A stretch of 64,000 bases of DNA from Bythopirellula sp. (GTDB lineage Bacteria; Planctomycetota; Planctomycetia; Pirellulales; Lacipirellulaceae). The DNA lies in assembly GCA_965216565.1 (NCBI GenBank), contig OZ244170.1:608001-672000 (forward strand), written 5' to 3'. Of the stretch, positions 1 through 8,453 are shown piece by piece. A model generated the notes under the pieces. The model searched no databases and was not told where the DNA came from. It saw only the letters and a program-made list of their open reading frames with translations. Numbering within the stretch: the first letter of the stretch is position 1; every line of letters starts with the position of its first letter. The translations under genes were made by a program, and so were the position numbers.

Positions 1-107
1 ATGACCCTGAGTCGGACATCGTCTGGATTCTAAAGAATAAACGCGTGTTCTTACTCAAAGAGGAATTGGGCACTCAACCGAGCTTCTTTTACTTTTTTGA
101 TAGCTAA
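1..107 (+). CDS. 3' end of a 4Fe-4S dicluster protein (NrfC/DsrO/PsrB-like), partial
   Basis: Frame from nt 3 reads DPESDIVWILKNKRVFLLKEELGTQPSFFYFFDS*, like the NrfC-family C-terminal DP.S.I...LK.E.GT.P..FY; directly upstream of an NrfD-like gene. Confidence 0.75.
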   Translation, partial: DPESDIVWILKNKRVFLLKEELGTQPSFFYFFDS

Positions 108-122
108 GTAACCCCCATCAAC

Positions 123-1412
123 ATGGCTTTGCCTCACATTACTCATGCCAGTTCGCCACAGTCTGCTCAGCAGCATGATCTGCAAATGCGCAACTATCCG
201 CGATTCTTGTTGCGGTTGCTGGGTGTGGCCACCGATGGGAGTATTTGGTTTTATGCTTGGATGTTCGCGCTCACAGCCATCTTCTTGGTTGGTGCCAACG
301 CCTGGGCCGTCCAAGTCGCGGATGGCATGATCGTCACTCACATGACGGATCACGTGAGCTGGGGGCTATACATTGCCAACTTTACATTCGCCGTAGGTGT
401 TGCTGCCGGGGGAGTGATGATGGTCATCCCTGCCTATCTCTATCACAACAAGAAAATGCACGATGTGGTTATCGTTGGCGAGTTGCTCGCGATTGCCGCG
501 ATTGTCATGTGCCTGATGTTCGTAACCGCGGACTTAGGACGTCCAGAGCGGTTCTGGCATATGATACCCGGCATAGGGCGATTCAATTTCCCCTTCTCCA
601 TGCTTACTTGGGATGTATTAGTTCTTAACGGTTATCTGCTGCTTAATCTACACATCTGCGGCTATCTGTTGTACATGCGGTATTTAGGGCGACGCCCAAA
701 TCCTCGTTGGTATGTGCCATTCGTAATGCTCTCGATCTTCTGGGCCATATCTATTCATACCGTGACTGCATTTCTCTATTGCGGATTGGGGGGCAGGCCA
801 TTTTGGAATAGCGCATTGCTCGCGCCAAGGTTCTTAGCGAGCGCCTTCGTTTCCGGACCAGCATTTATCATTGTTACGCTATTGATCCTCAGACGCATTT
901 TGGGGAAACGTATTTCTAACGAACCGATCCGAGTTCTCGTCAACATTGTCCGCGTGACGATAGTGGTCAACCTGATCATGGTTGTGTCAGAAGTCTTTAC
1001 GGAATTCTATTCTGGTGGGAGCCATACCGCTTCAGCCCGGTATTTGTTTTTAGGGCTTCATGGACATGACGCTTTAGTACCATGGATGTGGACTGCCATT
1101 GTTGGCAACATTCTTGCTGCCGGTTTGTTTCTCTCGCCGTTGGTTCTTCGTCGAGCCACCATCTTAGTTGTTGCCTGCGGCCTTGCTTTTGTCGCTGCTT
1201 GGATTGAAAAGGGCATGGGATTGATCGTGCCTGGGTTCGTCCCTAGCACCTTGCACGAAATTGTCGAGTATCAACCAAGCTTGATGGAATGGAAGGTTAC
1301 TGCAGGCGTTTGGGCGTTTGGGCTGATGATTTACACAATCGGGCTAAAGGCCGCGGTGAATGTGTTTGTGGTAAGCCCAGAACAGGCGCTGGAGAATTTT
1401 TCAAATGATTAG
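123..1412 (+). CDS. nrfD: NrfD/PsrC/DsrP-family integral membrane quinol-interacting subunit
   Basis: About 10 TM segments; WGLYIANFTF, DLGRPERFWH, SMLTWD, HTVTAFL, RPFWN motifs. Confidence 0.88.
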   Translation: MALPHITHASSPQSAQQHDLQMRNYPRFLLRLLGVATDGSIWFYAWMFALTAIFLVGANAWAVQVADGMIVTHMTDHVSWGLYIANFTFAVGVAAGGVMMVIPAYLYHNKKMHDVVIVGELLAIAAIVMCLMFVTADLGRPERFWHMIPGIGRFNFPFSMLTWDVLVLNGYLLLNLHICGYLLYMRYLGRRPNPRWYVPFVMLSIFWAISIHTVTAFLYCGLGGRPFWNSALLAPRFLASAFVSGPAFIIVTLLILRRILGKRISNEPIRVLVNIVRVTIVVNLIMVVSEVFTEFYSGGSHTASARYLFLGLHGHDALVPWMWTAIVGNILAAGLFLSPLVLRRATILVVACGLAFVAAWIEKGMGLIVPGFVPSTLHEIVEYQPSLMEWKVTAGVWAFGLMIYTIGLKAAVNVFVVSPEQALENFSND

Positions 1413-1689
1413 CGGACTAGTAGTGACCCTGAGTTCAGAAGCTGAACTATCAGAATCAGCAATACGCTCAATTCAGCAGCAGCCAGCTCTCGAAGTCGGT
1501 CCTCAAGATCAACGACGTCTACCTCTGGTGCTGGAAACGAACAGTCACACGGAGTCTCAGGAAATCACCGACTGGCTCACTAGTCTGCCGGGAATCGAGT
1601 TTGTCGACGTAGCATTTGTTCATTTGGATGATGTCCAGGATGACGTACTGATAGACGCACCGCCTCAAACAGTAATAAATCGCAGTTGA
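1405..1689 (+). CDS. napD: NapD chaperone for NapA
   Basis: MISGLVV start, VLET, LPGI..V...FVH; 94 aa directly before napA. Confidence 0.85.
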   Translation: MISGLVVTLSSEAELSESAIRSIQQQPALEVGPQDQRRLPLVLETNSHTESQEITDWLTSLPGIEFVDVAFVHLDDVQDDVLIDAPPQTVINRS

Positions 1690-1699
1690 GAATCTGATC

Positions 1700-4090
1700 A
1701 TGCAACAGAACCGCCGCAGTTTTATACGCTCTACGGCTATGAGTGCCGCCACAGCGATTGCCTCTGGCACGGGAACCTTTTCGTTACCCATCCTCAATGC
1801 TTCTGAGGCTTCTTCGATCGAGTGGAACAAAGCGCCCTGCCGATTCTGCGGCACAGGTTGCCACGTTCAGGTAGGAGTCCAGCAAGGGCGTGTTGTTGCA
1901 GTTGCGGGCGATCAAGATGCTGAGGTGAATCAAGGCCTGCTGTGCGTCAAAGGTTACCATGTTGGCTCGGCCCTCTATGGTGAAGATCGATTGACGCAGC
2001 CTCTACTCCGACGTGGAGACAAATACGAAGCTATCTCATGGGATCAAGCTCTAGAGGTGATAGCGGATAGAATCGAAGGAGCACCGGAGCGTTTTGCCTT
2101 TTATGGATCGGGGCAGTGGACCATTCCCGAAGGCTACATTGCGCAAAAGTTCATGAAGGGAGGATTGGCCAACAACCATATCGACCCCAATGCGCGACTC
2201 TGTATGGCGTCGGCAGTTACCGGATTCTTGGCTACATACGGCGTTGATGAACCAGCCGGGTGTTACGACGATCTCGATAAGTGCGACGTATTGATTATGT
2301 GGGGCAACAACCCGGCCGAAATGCACCCGGTGCTATTCTCTCGGGTAGTTGATCGTCGCTCACGTGGCGAACAGGTCGAGTTGATCGATATTGGTACTCG
2401 TCGAACACGCACCACAGAACAATGCCAGCACTATCTGGAAATGAAGGGTCACGGCGACGTTGCCATTGCCCTGGGGATTGCCCATCTACTGATCAAGGAG
2501 AACACCTACGACCATAGATTTGTCGAGTCTTTTTGCAACTTTAAGGCACCTGATCCTGATAACCCCAATTTGCATGGTAAGTCGATTACATTCGACGAGT
2601 ACAGACAAAGTTTGGAATCTTACACTCCGGAACATGTCGAAAAACTGTCCGGGGTGCCTGCCGACAAGATTCGCATGCTGGCCAAGTTATTTGGGAATCC
2701 TGACCTCAGAATTACTTCGCTGTGGTGCATGGGCATGAACCAACACACGATGGGCACTGCGGTCAACTCCTTGGTCCATGGTGTCCATTTACTTAGCGGG
2801 CACTTTGGAAGGGCGGGCGATGCACCAACTAGCTTGACAGGGCAGCCATCGGCCTGCGGTACGGTGCGAGAGGTCGGCACGCTAGCTCATGCGTTACCTG
2901 GTGGGCGATTGGTTGCCAAGCCAGAACATCGACAGCAGTGTGAAGCTTATTGGAATCTTCCCGCGGGTAAGATCAATCCTCGCCCAGGCTATCACACCGT
3001 GAAGATGTGGGAACAGTTCTGCACGTCAAGCTCCGAGGGTGGCGATATTGACACGATCTGGGTGCAAGTCACGAACCCCGGTCAGACTTTGCCGAATCTC
3101 CACAAACTATTTAACGCCAAAGAGGGGCTCGAAAATAAGTTCTTGATCGTCTCCGATGTCTATCCAACTGCCACGACAAGATTGGCTGATTTAATATTGC
3201 CTTCCGCTATGTGGGTAGAAAAAAACGGGATGGTAGGAAACTCAGAACGCCGTACACAGCAATGGTTCAAAATGGTGGAGCCACCCGGGGATGCACGCGA
3301 CGACGTATGGCAAACCTTGGCTGTGGCTCGCCGACTATTCGAGCGTGGTTTTGCTGGAATGCAAGACAAAGAGGGTAGTTTTCTCTTTGAAGTCTTTGAC
3401 GAATTCGGATCTGTGGTGCCCGCCTGGCGGTGGGAGAATTTCTATGATGTAAATGTCGACAAGCATCTGTTCGAAGAGTATCGGCAATTCACGCGTCTGA
3501 AACATAAAGACTTAGCTCCGTACGAAGAGTACGTCAAAGCGCGAGGGATGCGTTGGCCAGTCGTTGAACAACCCAACGGCACTTGGGAGGAGACCCGATT
3601 CCGATTTGTTGAAGGCGAAGATCCCTATGTCGAGACTGGGGCTGACATTCAATTCTACCATTCTTCGACCAACGACAATCGCGCACAGCTATGGTTTCAT
3701 CCTTACGAGCCTCCTGCTGAGTTGCCGGACGAGACTTATCCGTTGATGATGACCACCGGTAGGGTGTTGGAACATTGGCACTCAGGCTCAATGACTCGTA
3801 GGATACCAGAGTTAAGCGGGGCGATGCCTGCCGCTTATGTTGAAATGAATCCAGAAGATGCCAGGCAACGCAATGTCAACAACGGCGATCTCGTCACTAT
3901 TCGGTCTCGTCGTGGCGAAATGCAAATAACGGCTTGGATCAACGGACGTGGTCGTCCACCCCGTGGCACCGTCTTTGTGCCGTTCTTTGATGAGACGCTC
4001 CTGATTAACGAATTGACTCTGGATGCACTTGATCCATTTTCTAAACAGCCCGATTACAAGAAGACTGCCGTTGAGATTGTGAGGGTCTAG
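1700..4090 (+). CDS. napA: Periplasmic nitrate reductase catalytic subunit (Mo-bisPGD, 4Fe-4S)
   Basis: Tat signal NRRSFI; CRFCGTGC...LCVKG; GSGQW; DPNARLCMASA; SLTGQPSACGTVREVG; TGRVLEHWH; DPFSKQPDYKK. Confidence 0.96.
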   Translation: MQQNRRSFIRSTAMSAATAIASGTGTFSLPILNASEASSIEWNKAPCRFCGTGCHVQVGVQQGRVVAVAGDQDAEVNQGLLCVKGYHVGSALYGEDRLTQPLLRRGDKYEAISWDQALEVIADRIEGAPERFAFYGSGQWTIPEGYIAQKFMKGGLANNHIDPNARLCMASAVTGFLATYGVDEPAGCYDDLDKCDVLIMWGNNPAEMHPVLFSRVVDRRSRGEQVELIDIGTRRTRTTEQCQHYLEMKGHGDVAIALGIAHLLIKENTYDHRFVESFCNFKAPDPDNPNLHGKSITFDEYRQSLESYTPEHVEKLSGVPADKIRMLAKLFGNPDLRITSLWCMGMNQHTMGTAVNSLVHGVHLLSGHFGRAGDAPTSLTGQPSACGTVREVGTLAHALPGGRLVAKPEHRQQCEAYWNLPAGKINPRPGYHTVKMWEQFCTSSSEGGDIDTIWVQVTNPGQTLPNLHKLFNAKEGLENKFLIVSDVYPTATTRLADLILPSAMWVEKNGMVGNSERRTQQWFKMVEPPGDARDDVWQTLAVARRLFERGFAGMQDKEGSFLFEVFDEFGSVVPAWRWENFYDVNVDKHLFEEYRQFTRLKHKDLAPYEEYVKARGMRWPVVEQPNGTWEETRFRFVEGEDPYVETGADIQFYHSSTNDNRAQLWFHPYEPPAELPDETYPLMMTTGRVLEHWHSGSMTRRIPELSGAMPAAYVEMNPEDARQRNVNNGDLVTIRSRRGEMQITAWINGRGRPPRGTVFVPFFDETLLINELTLDALDPFSKQPDYKKTAVEIVRV

Positions 4091-4117
4091 TCCGCTGATT
4101 TTCTGTAGAAGTCCAAG

Positions 4118-4972
4118 ATGCCCGTAGATTTGAAAGAAGCTCCAGCCCAACATCACACCGCTCGGCAATCTCCCGAGTCGATGGGGTTTGTGCGGCGATA
4201 CACCGCCCTCATCGCGTCTGTGCTGTTTGGTGCTGCCACCACTGGTTATTTTTTAGGGCTGACGTCTCCTATGACTGCCAACAAGGAGCGTGTAGCTCCC
4301 GTGAGCTCTGCCACACGCACAGAGGTGGAAGTCTATGCTGATCGTAAAGTGATTCCGGCTACCGCGTATGCAGACATGGCGAAATATGTTCGAGGGTCAA
4401 CTCAGAGGGAATCAATGCAACTCGCCAACTTGCGTCAGGAGCCATACGACTTGTTTGCAAACAGGACCATTGATGAAGCAGAGAAGTCTAAATCATTGGC
4501 TCAACGCGAAACACGCCGCGCCTACGATGGAGCTCCTCCGACCGTTCCTCATCCTGCAGACCAGCTCAGCTCAGCTGCTTGCATGGCTTGCCACGGTGAG
4601 GGCCTGAAGAGTAAGAGTCTTCGAGCAGGAAAGATGCCACATCCCTATTATGCTAATTGTATGCAGTGTCACGTCGAGCAGGACGGAGACTTTACCATTG
4701 CGTCGGCAGACTTTGAAAACACTTTTGTTGGCGTCACAGCTCCGACTAGCGGCAGTCGTGCCTATCCGGGAGCTCCGCCAGTCATTCCACACAGCACTTG
4801 GATGCGAAGCGACTGCTTGAGCTGTCATGGTCGCACTTCAGCTCCTGGTATGGAGTCAACACATCCCTGGCGCACCAATTGTTTGCAATGTCATGTGGAG
4901 TCTTCCATGCTGAACCAAAATCCGCAGACAAATCCCCCTTTGTTTCTGCCTGCCCCGGAGATCGTGAGATAG
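4118..4972 (+). CDS. napB: NapB-like c-type cytochrome, tetraheme (tandem duplicated NapB core) with N-terminal hydrophobic segment
   Basis: Four CxxCH (CMACH, CMQCH, CLSCH, CLQCH) in two RAY.GAPP..PH units. Confidence 0.85.
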   Translation: MPVDLKEAPAQHHTARQSPESMGFVRRYTALIASVLFGAATTGYFLGLTSPMTANKERVAPVSSATRTEVEVYADRKVIPATAYADMAKYVRGSTQRESMQLANLRQEPYDLFANRTIDEAEKSKSLAQRETRRAYDGAPPTVPHPADQLSSAACMACHGEGLKSKSLRAGKMPHPYYANCMQCHVEQDGDFTIASADFENTFVGVTAPTSGSRAYPGAPPVIPHSTWMRSDCLSCHGRTSAPGMESTHPWRTNCLQCHVESSMLNQNPQTNPPLFLPAPEIVR

Positions 4973-4974
4973 CT

Positions 4975-5409
4975 ATGAGCAACGAGAAACCACAACTCTC
5001 ACGTCGTGATTGGTTCCGGCTGGGTAAGTCTGCCTCTCGACGACCCAACCAGAAGAGATTGGGTAGCAAGCAGCCTGCGGGAATGCATTCAGTCGCTGAA
5101 CCCGTGAATCATGGTGGAGTCGATCTCTCGACGTTACCTCCAATGCACGAAGCAATACTTGACTCGCAGGATGTTACATCATTATTTGCCGACATCGAGC
5201 AGCATGGCTCCGACATAACATTGATTTTCCGTCGGGCAGCCGGGAATGCACCCGATCAAACTGATAAGCTCAAGATAGCACTAAACCAAATTCTCAATGG
5301 AAACGTCCGTAAATTGCAAATTCGCTACCATTGGGAAAATGCAAATTGGATCGACACACTAGAAACCCAGTCTAACGGATTCCGTCTGGTTCGAATCCAG
5401 CATGGTTAG
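4975..5409 (+). CDS. Hypothetical nap-cluster protein (~144 aa)
   Basis: ATG 2 nt after napB stop, in frame with ORF 4798..5409; N-terminal SRRDWF; C-terminal LQIRY.W....W.DTL......RLVRI. Confidence 0.7.
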   Translation: MSNEKPQLSRRDWFRLGKSASRRPNQKRLGSKQPAGMHSVAEPVNHGGVDLSTLPPMHEAILDSQDVTSLFADIEQHGSDITLIFRRAAGNAPDQTDKLKIALNQILNGNVRKLQIRYHWENANWIDTLETQSNGFRLVRIQHG

Positions 5410-5591
5410 AAATAGAACACTCATCTATCTAGATTGCCGCAGTTTTTAGTCCCACATGCCCACCTCTCTCTGTTTGCTACAGAATTTGTACGACTAACTC
5501 GCCGCACTCAGGCTGAAGAGTGTTTGGCAGATAAATGACGGAAGCAAACCTTTTTTTACACTTGGAAGAATTCGAGCATTCAAACAGTACC

Positions 5592-5620
5592 TTGACATAC
5601 TGTTATATTACTCCTACAAA
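5592..5620 (+). promoter_or_regulatory. Candidate sigma-70 promoter for the globin unit
   Basis: TTGACA (5592) - 17 nt - TACAAA (5615) in an AT-rich intergenic region. Confidence 0.35.
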
Positions 5621-5693
5621 TAGAATAAGAATTAAGGCCGGTTGTTTTGCCCCCATCTCTCGCCTTTTAGAACTGTCAATAACACATAGGTAA

Positions 5694-6104
5694 TTGACTG
5701 TGTTGCCTCCAGACCTAGATTCAGTCACTCATAGCTATCATCGTTGCCTTAGTAGCGAAAGATTTCTCGATACCTTCTACGAGAAGTTTTTAGGCAAGTC
5801 AGATGAAATTGCTTCGAAGTTTCGCCTGACCGATTTTGATCGGCAGAAACGCATGTTGCGAGAATCGTTGCTAATGATGGTCATGTTCAATCGTGACCCC
5901 GAAATGCTCGAAGAGGATATGACTGCACTTGCTACGCGTCATGGTCGCCAAGGAGTTGATATTCCTGCCAGGCTCTACGCGCACTGGCTTGACGCATTGT
6001 GTGAGGCCGTAAAAGAGCACGATCCACAATATTCGGCCGATATCGGCATGAAGTGGCGGAAAGCCATGGAGCAGGGGATTAAGTTCATAATCTCGAGATA
6101 TTAA
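5694..6104 (+). CDS. Single-domain globin
   Basis: FY..F (B helix), KF..TDF.RQ (CD1 Phe/E7 Gln), LA.RH (proximal His), IP..LY..W, W...M..GI; TTG start. Confidence 0.85.
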   Translation: MTVLPPDLDSVTHSYHRCLSSERFLDTFYEKFLGKSDEIASKFRLTDFDRQKRMLRESLLMMVMFNRDPEMLEEDMTALATRHGRQGVDIPARLYAHWLDALCEAVKEHDPQYSADIGMKWRKAMEQGIKFIISRY

Positions 6105-6117
6105 TGTGGGGTGCACT

Positions 6118-6567
6118 ATGAAGAAAGATGCTCATTTCCATTCTGTTACTGCAACTCAAGTCGATCAGGAACACGAAGAACTCCGCGAACTACTCGGAGC
6201 AATCCACAAGAGCCTGACGACCGACAATCCCTCACCCGCTCAGGTTAGAGAACAGCTTGTAGTGTTGTGTAACAATTTGGAATCGCATTTTCAAACGGAA
6301 GAGAATGCCGGCTTTTTTACTGAGATTACCGAGAAGGCTCCTCGCCTCTGTAATCAAGCAGACAAGTTGACTCATGAGCATGAGTCAATGTTGGAAGAGG
6401 CCCGAGCACTCACAAACTTAGCGCTTCGATGTACTGAACCAGAAAGCCTCAGCAACGAAGTGCTGCCCATGTTTCATGAGTTTAGCAAGCACCTGATGCA
6501 CCATGAGAGTGAAGAAAATGAAATGATGCAGAAGGCGTACTGGGACGACATAGGATCTGGAGACTAA
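6118..6567 (+). CDS. Hemerythrin (HHE cation-binding) domain protein
   Basis: EH..L, HF..EE, EH..M, H...EE di-iron-type motifs. Confidence 0.85.
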   Translation: MKKDAHFHSVTATQVDQEHEELRELLGAIHKSLTTDNPSPAQVREQLVVLCNNLESHFQTEENAGFFTEITEKAPRLCNQADKLTHEHESMLEEARALTNLALRCTEPESLSNEVLPMFHEFSKHLMHHESEENEMMQKAYWDDIGSGD

Positions 6568-6577
6568 GGGGATAGTC

Positions 6578-6775
6578 ATGGCTTGTATCCATTTGCAGCA
6601 ACTCTATCAGCTATGCCAAAAGCACGACTTGCATTTCAGTAGTTCTGATCTCGTTCGTATCATTTGCAAGGAATGCGACTCTGAAGAAACGTGTCCTACA
6701 CTATTAACTGAAATTTCAATTTCCAGGAATGAAAGCGATCAATCGGAACCTCCCCACAAGGTTGAGTCACCCTAA
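6578..6775 (+). CDS. Small Cys/His-rich hypothetical protein
   Basis: 65 aa, CxH...C...CxxC...CP; purine-rich RBS-like sequence; 10 nt after the hemerythrin stop. Confidence 0.65.
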   Translation: MACIHLQQLYQLCQKHDLHFSSSDLVRIICKECDSEETCPTLLTEISISRNESDQSEPPHKVESP

Positions 6776-7042
6776 AACCGAACTTTCAAGGAGCGGAAGC
6801 GGAAGAGTTTTAGCGTCGCGGGAGAATGGAGGTAATCCGTCCTTAACGATGTCGGAAAAAGAATGTGCCGCCCTGAACTACCGCAACGAACTAATTCTTA
6901 ATGTGGGTGCGTCTAACCTCGACGTTCTTGCCAATGGCAAGATCGCCGCATTCGAATGTCCCAGTTGGTCGACCAGCAACATCGCTTTAATGTGGCCCAT
7001 TGTGGATCCCCTCTCGCCATGTTGCTGAGCTAGTAAGCTAGT

Positions 7043-8005
7043 TCATTCTTGCTCAGGATTAGAGCGGATGCTGGTGTGATAGGCGCTTGGAAAGTCATCA
7101 GGAATTGGTTGTGTGACTTTGCCTGTGGCTGCCCATTCTGTCCCGCGTTGAAGAGTGGCGATAAATCCCACGTTTTGAACTGCTGGAGCATTGGCGTCTT
7201 GTTCTGCACCGACATGCCCTAACGTTGTATGGAATACGCGGCCTTTACCATAAGAGACTGTAAAAAGCATCGGCTCATTGTGCGGTGATGCTCCTCGCAA
7301 TCTTTGATCTGCGAAGCCCGTCGCCAAAATGGTTACATTCCTCGCCGGCCCACGAAGATTCGAGTACACCTCATCTTTCCCATGCAACCACATCTCAGGC
7401 AATCCTTGAGTAATAGGATGATTAGGATCTCTAACAGTGATCAGGAAATCATGTCTCGGAGGATGTCCCGCTCCTCCCTTGGAATTGTCGCGAACGAGTT
7501 TTCCCTTCTGCCAATAGATGCGCGGTCCCCAAGTCTCATTGCGGCTTGAGGATTGGCTCGAAATACCTGGGTAAAGCGGAGGATCATAGAGTGACGGGCC
7601 TCCCCAGCCTCCGACGCCCGTCATCTCGAGAAATTCCGGCCAATAGGCGAAGGAATTGTTGGTCGCGTGAACGCAAACCAATCCTCCTCCGTCGCGCATA
7701 TAATCGACGAAAGTTGCTTTGGTTGCCTCAGCCCATTCCTCACCATCGTAGTCTAAGACGACGACATCATAGGCGCTCCAAGTAGGAGCAAAACCTCCGA
7801 GGTCTTCCCCAGGTGCGGGAGCAATCACTTTTTCGACCTTAAAGATACCAGCGTCTTGTAGATGCTGCTCAATTGCAGCACTCGTTCCCCTCCAATTATG
7901 GTACTTATTGGATCGACCAGTGAGCAGCAACACTTCGATGTCTTCGCTCGCCACACTCACCGACGCAAGTGTGGTGAGAAAGAAGACTAAGATAAAAATT
8001 CTCAT
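7043..8005 (-). CDS. Secreted ThuA-domain (class I GATase-like) protein
   Basis: Signal peptide; GGGLVCVHA, HPITQGLP, DEVY, YGKGRVFHTTLGH, RGTEWAATG. Confidence 0.88.
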   Translation of the reverse strand: MRIFILVFFLTTLASVSVASEDIEVLLLTGRSNKYHNWRGTSAAIEQHLQDAGIFKVEKVIAPAPGEDLGGFAPTWSAYDVVVLDYDGEEWAEATKATFVDYMRDGGGLVCVHATNNSFAYWPEFLEMTGVGGWGGPSLYDPPLYPGISSQSSSRNETWGPRIYWQKGKLVRDNSKGGAGHPPRHDFLITVRDPNHPITQGLPEMWLHGKDEVYSNLRGPARNVTILATGFADQRLRGASPHNEPMLFTVSYGKGRVFHTTLGHVGAEQDANAPAVQNVGFIATLQRGTEWAATGKVTQPIPDDFPSAYHTSIRSNPEQE

Positions 8006-8289
8006 TGTTGTGATGAATCAACTTTCTGTAGGCAGAATCAAATTGAGAACTGAATAGCACGGCCAGGACATTCCAGATATCGAATTGTAGAGAATCCAAT
8101 CGGTTAACAGCAACTAGTATTCTATATAGCTAGCCACAAGCTAAGGACGAATTGCACCAAAAATTTAGTGAGGGAACCTTAACGCGAATTCGAGACGCCG
8201 AGACCAGATTCCCTGCGATGGGTCTTAATGGACTTTTAGGTCTAACCCTAAATCACTAGGAAGAGGCACTGCCGAAAGCTAGTAGTATG

Positions 8290-8315
8290 TGACGCCATAG
8301 AATGACGCCATAGAA
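8290..8315. repeat. Perfect 13-bp tandem duplication TGACGCCATAGAA x2
   Basis: Read directly in the intergenic region. Confidence 0.8.
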
Positions 8316-8453
8316 ACTGATGGCAATAGTCAGCAATCGCAGAAACACCAAGCTGCCGAAGCATGTATCACTAAGGGTAGATCGGGGGGCAAAGCTCCTT
8401 GAAGCCCAATCTAAGTTCCTCGGGTTGTTGTTTTCGGAAGCGTAGTCGCTTAT

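Noticed and set aside
4798..4974. N-terminal extension of ORF 4798..5409
   Set aside because: Overlaps napB heme motifs in another frame; ATG 4975 is more plausible
5592..5605. Possible FNR/Crp box upstream of the globin (TTGACATACTGTTA)
   Set aside because: Right half and spacing do not fit TTGAT-N4-ATCAA; better read as a -35 element
6729..7028. 99-aa ORF after the Cys-rich mini-protein
   Set aside because: Overlaps the upstream gene, has no recognisable motif; probably spurious
8290..8330. 13-bp tandem repeat as a CRISPR remnant or insertion scar
   Set aside because: Only two adjacent copies, no spacers, no cas or transposase genes
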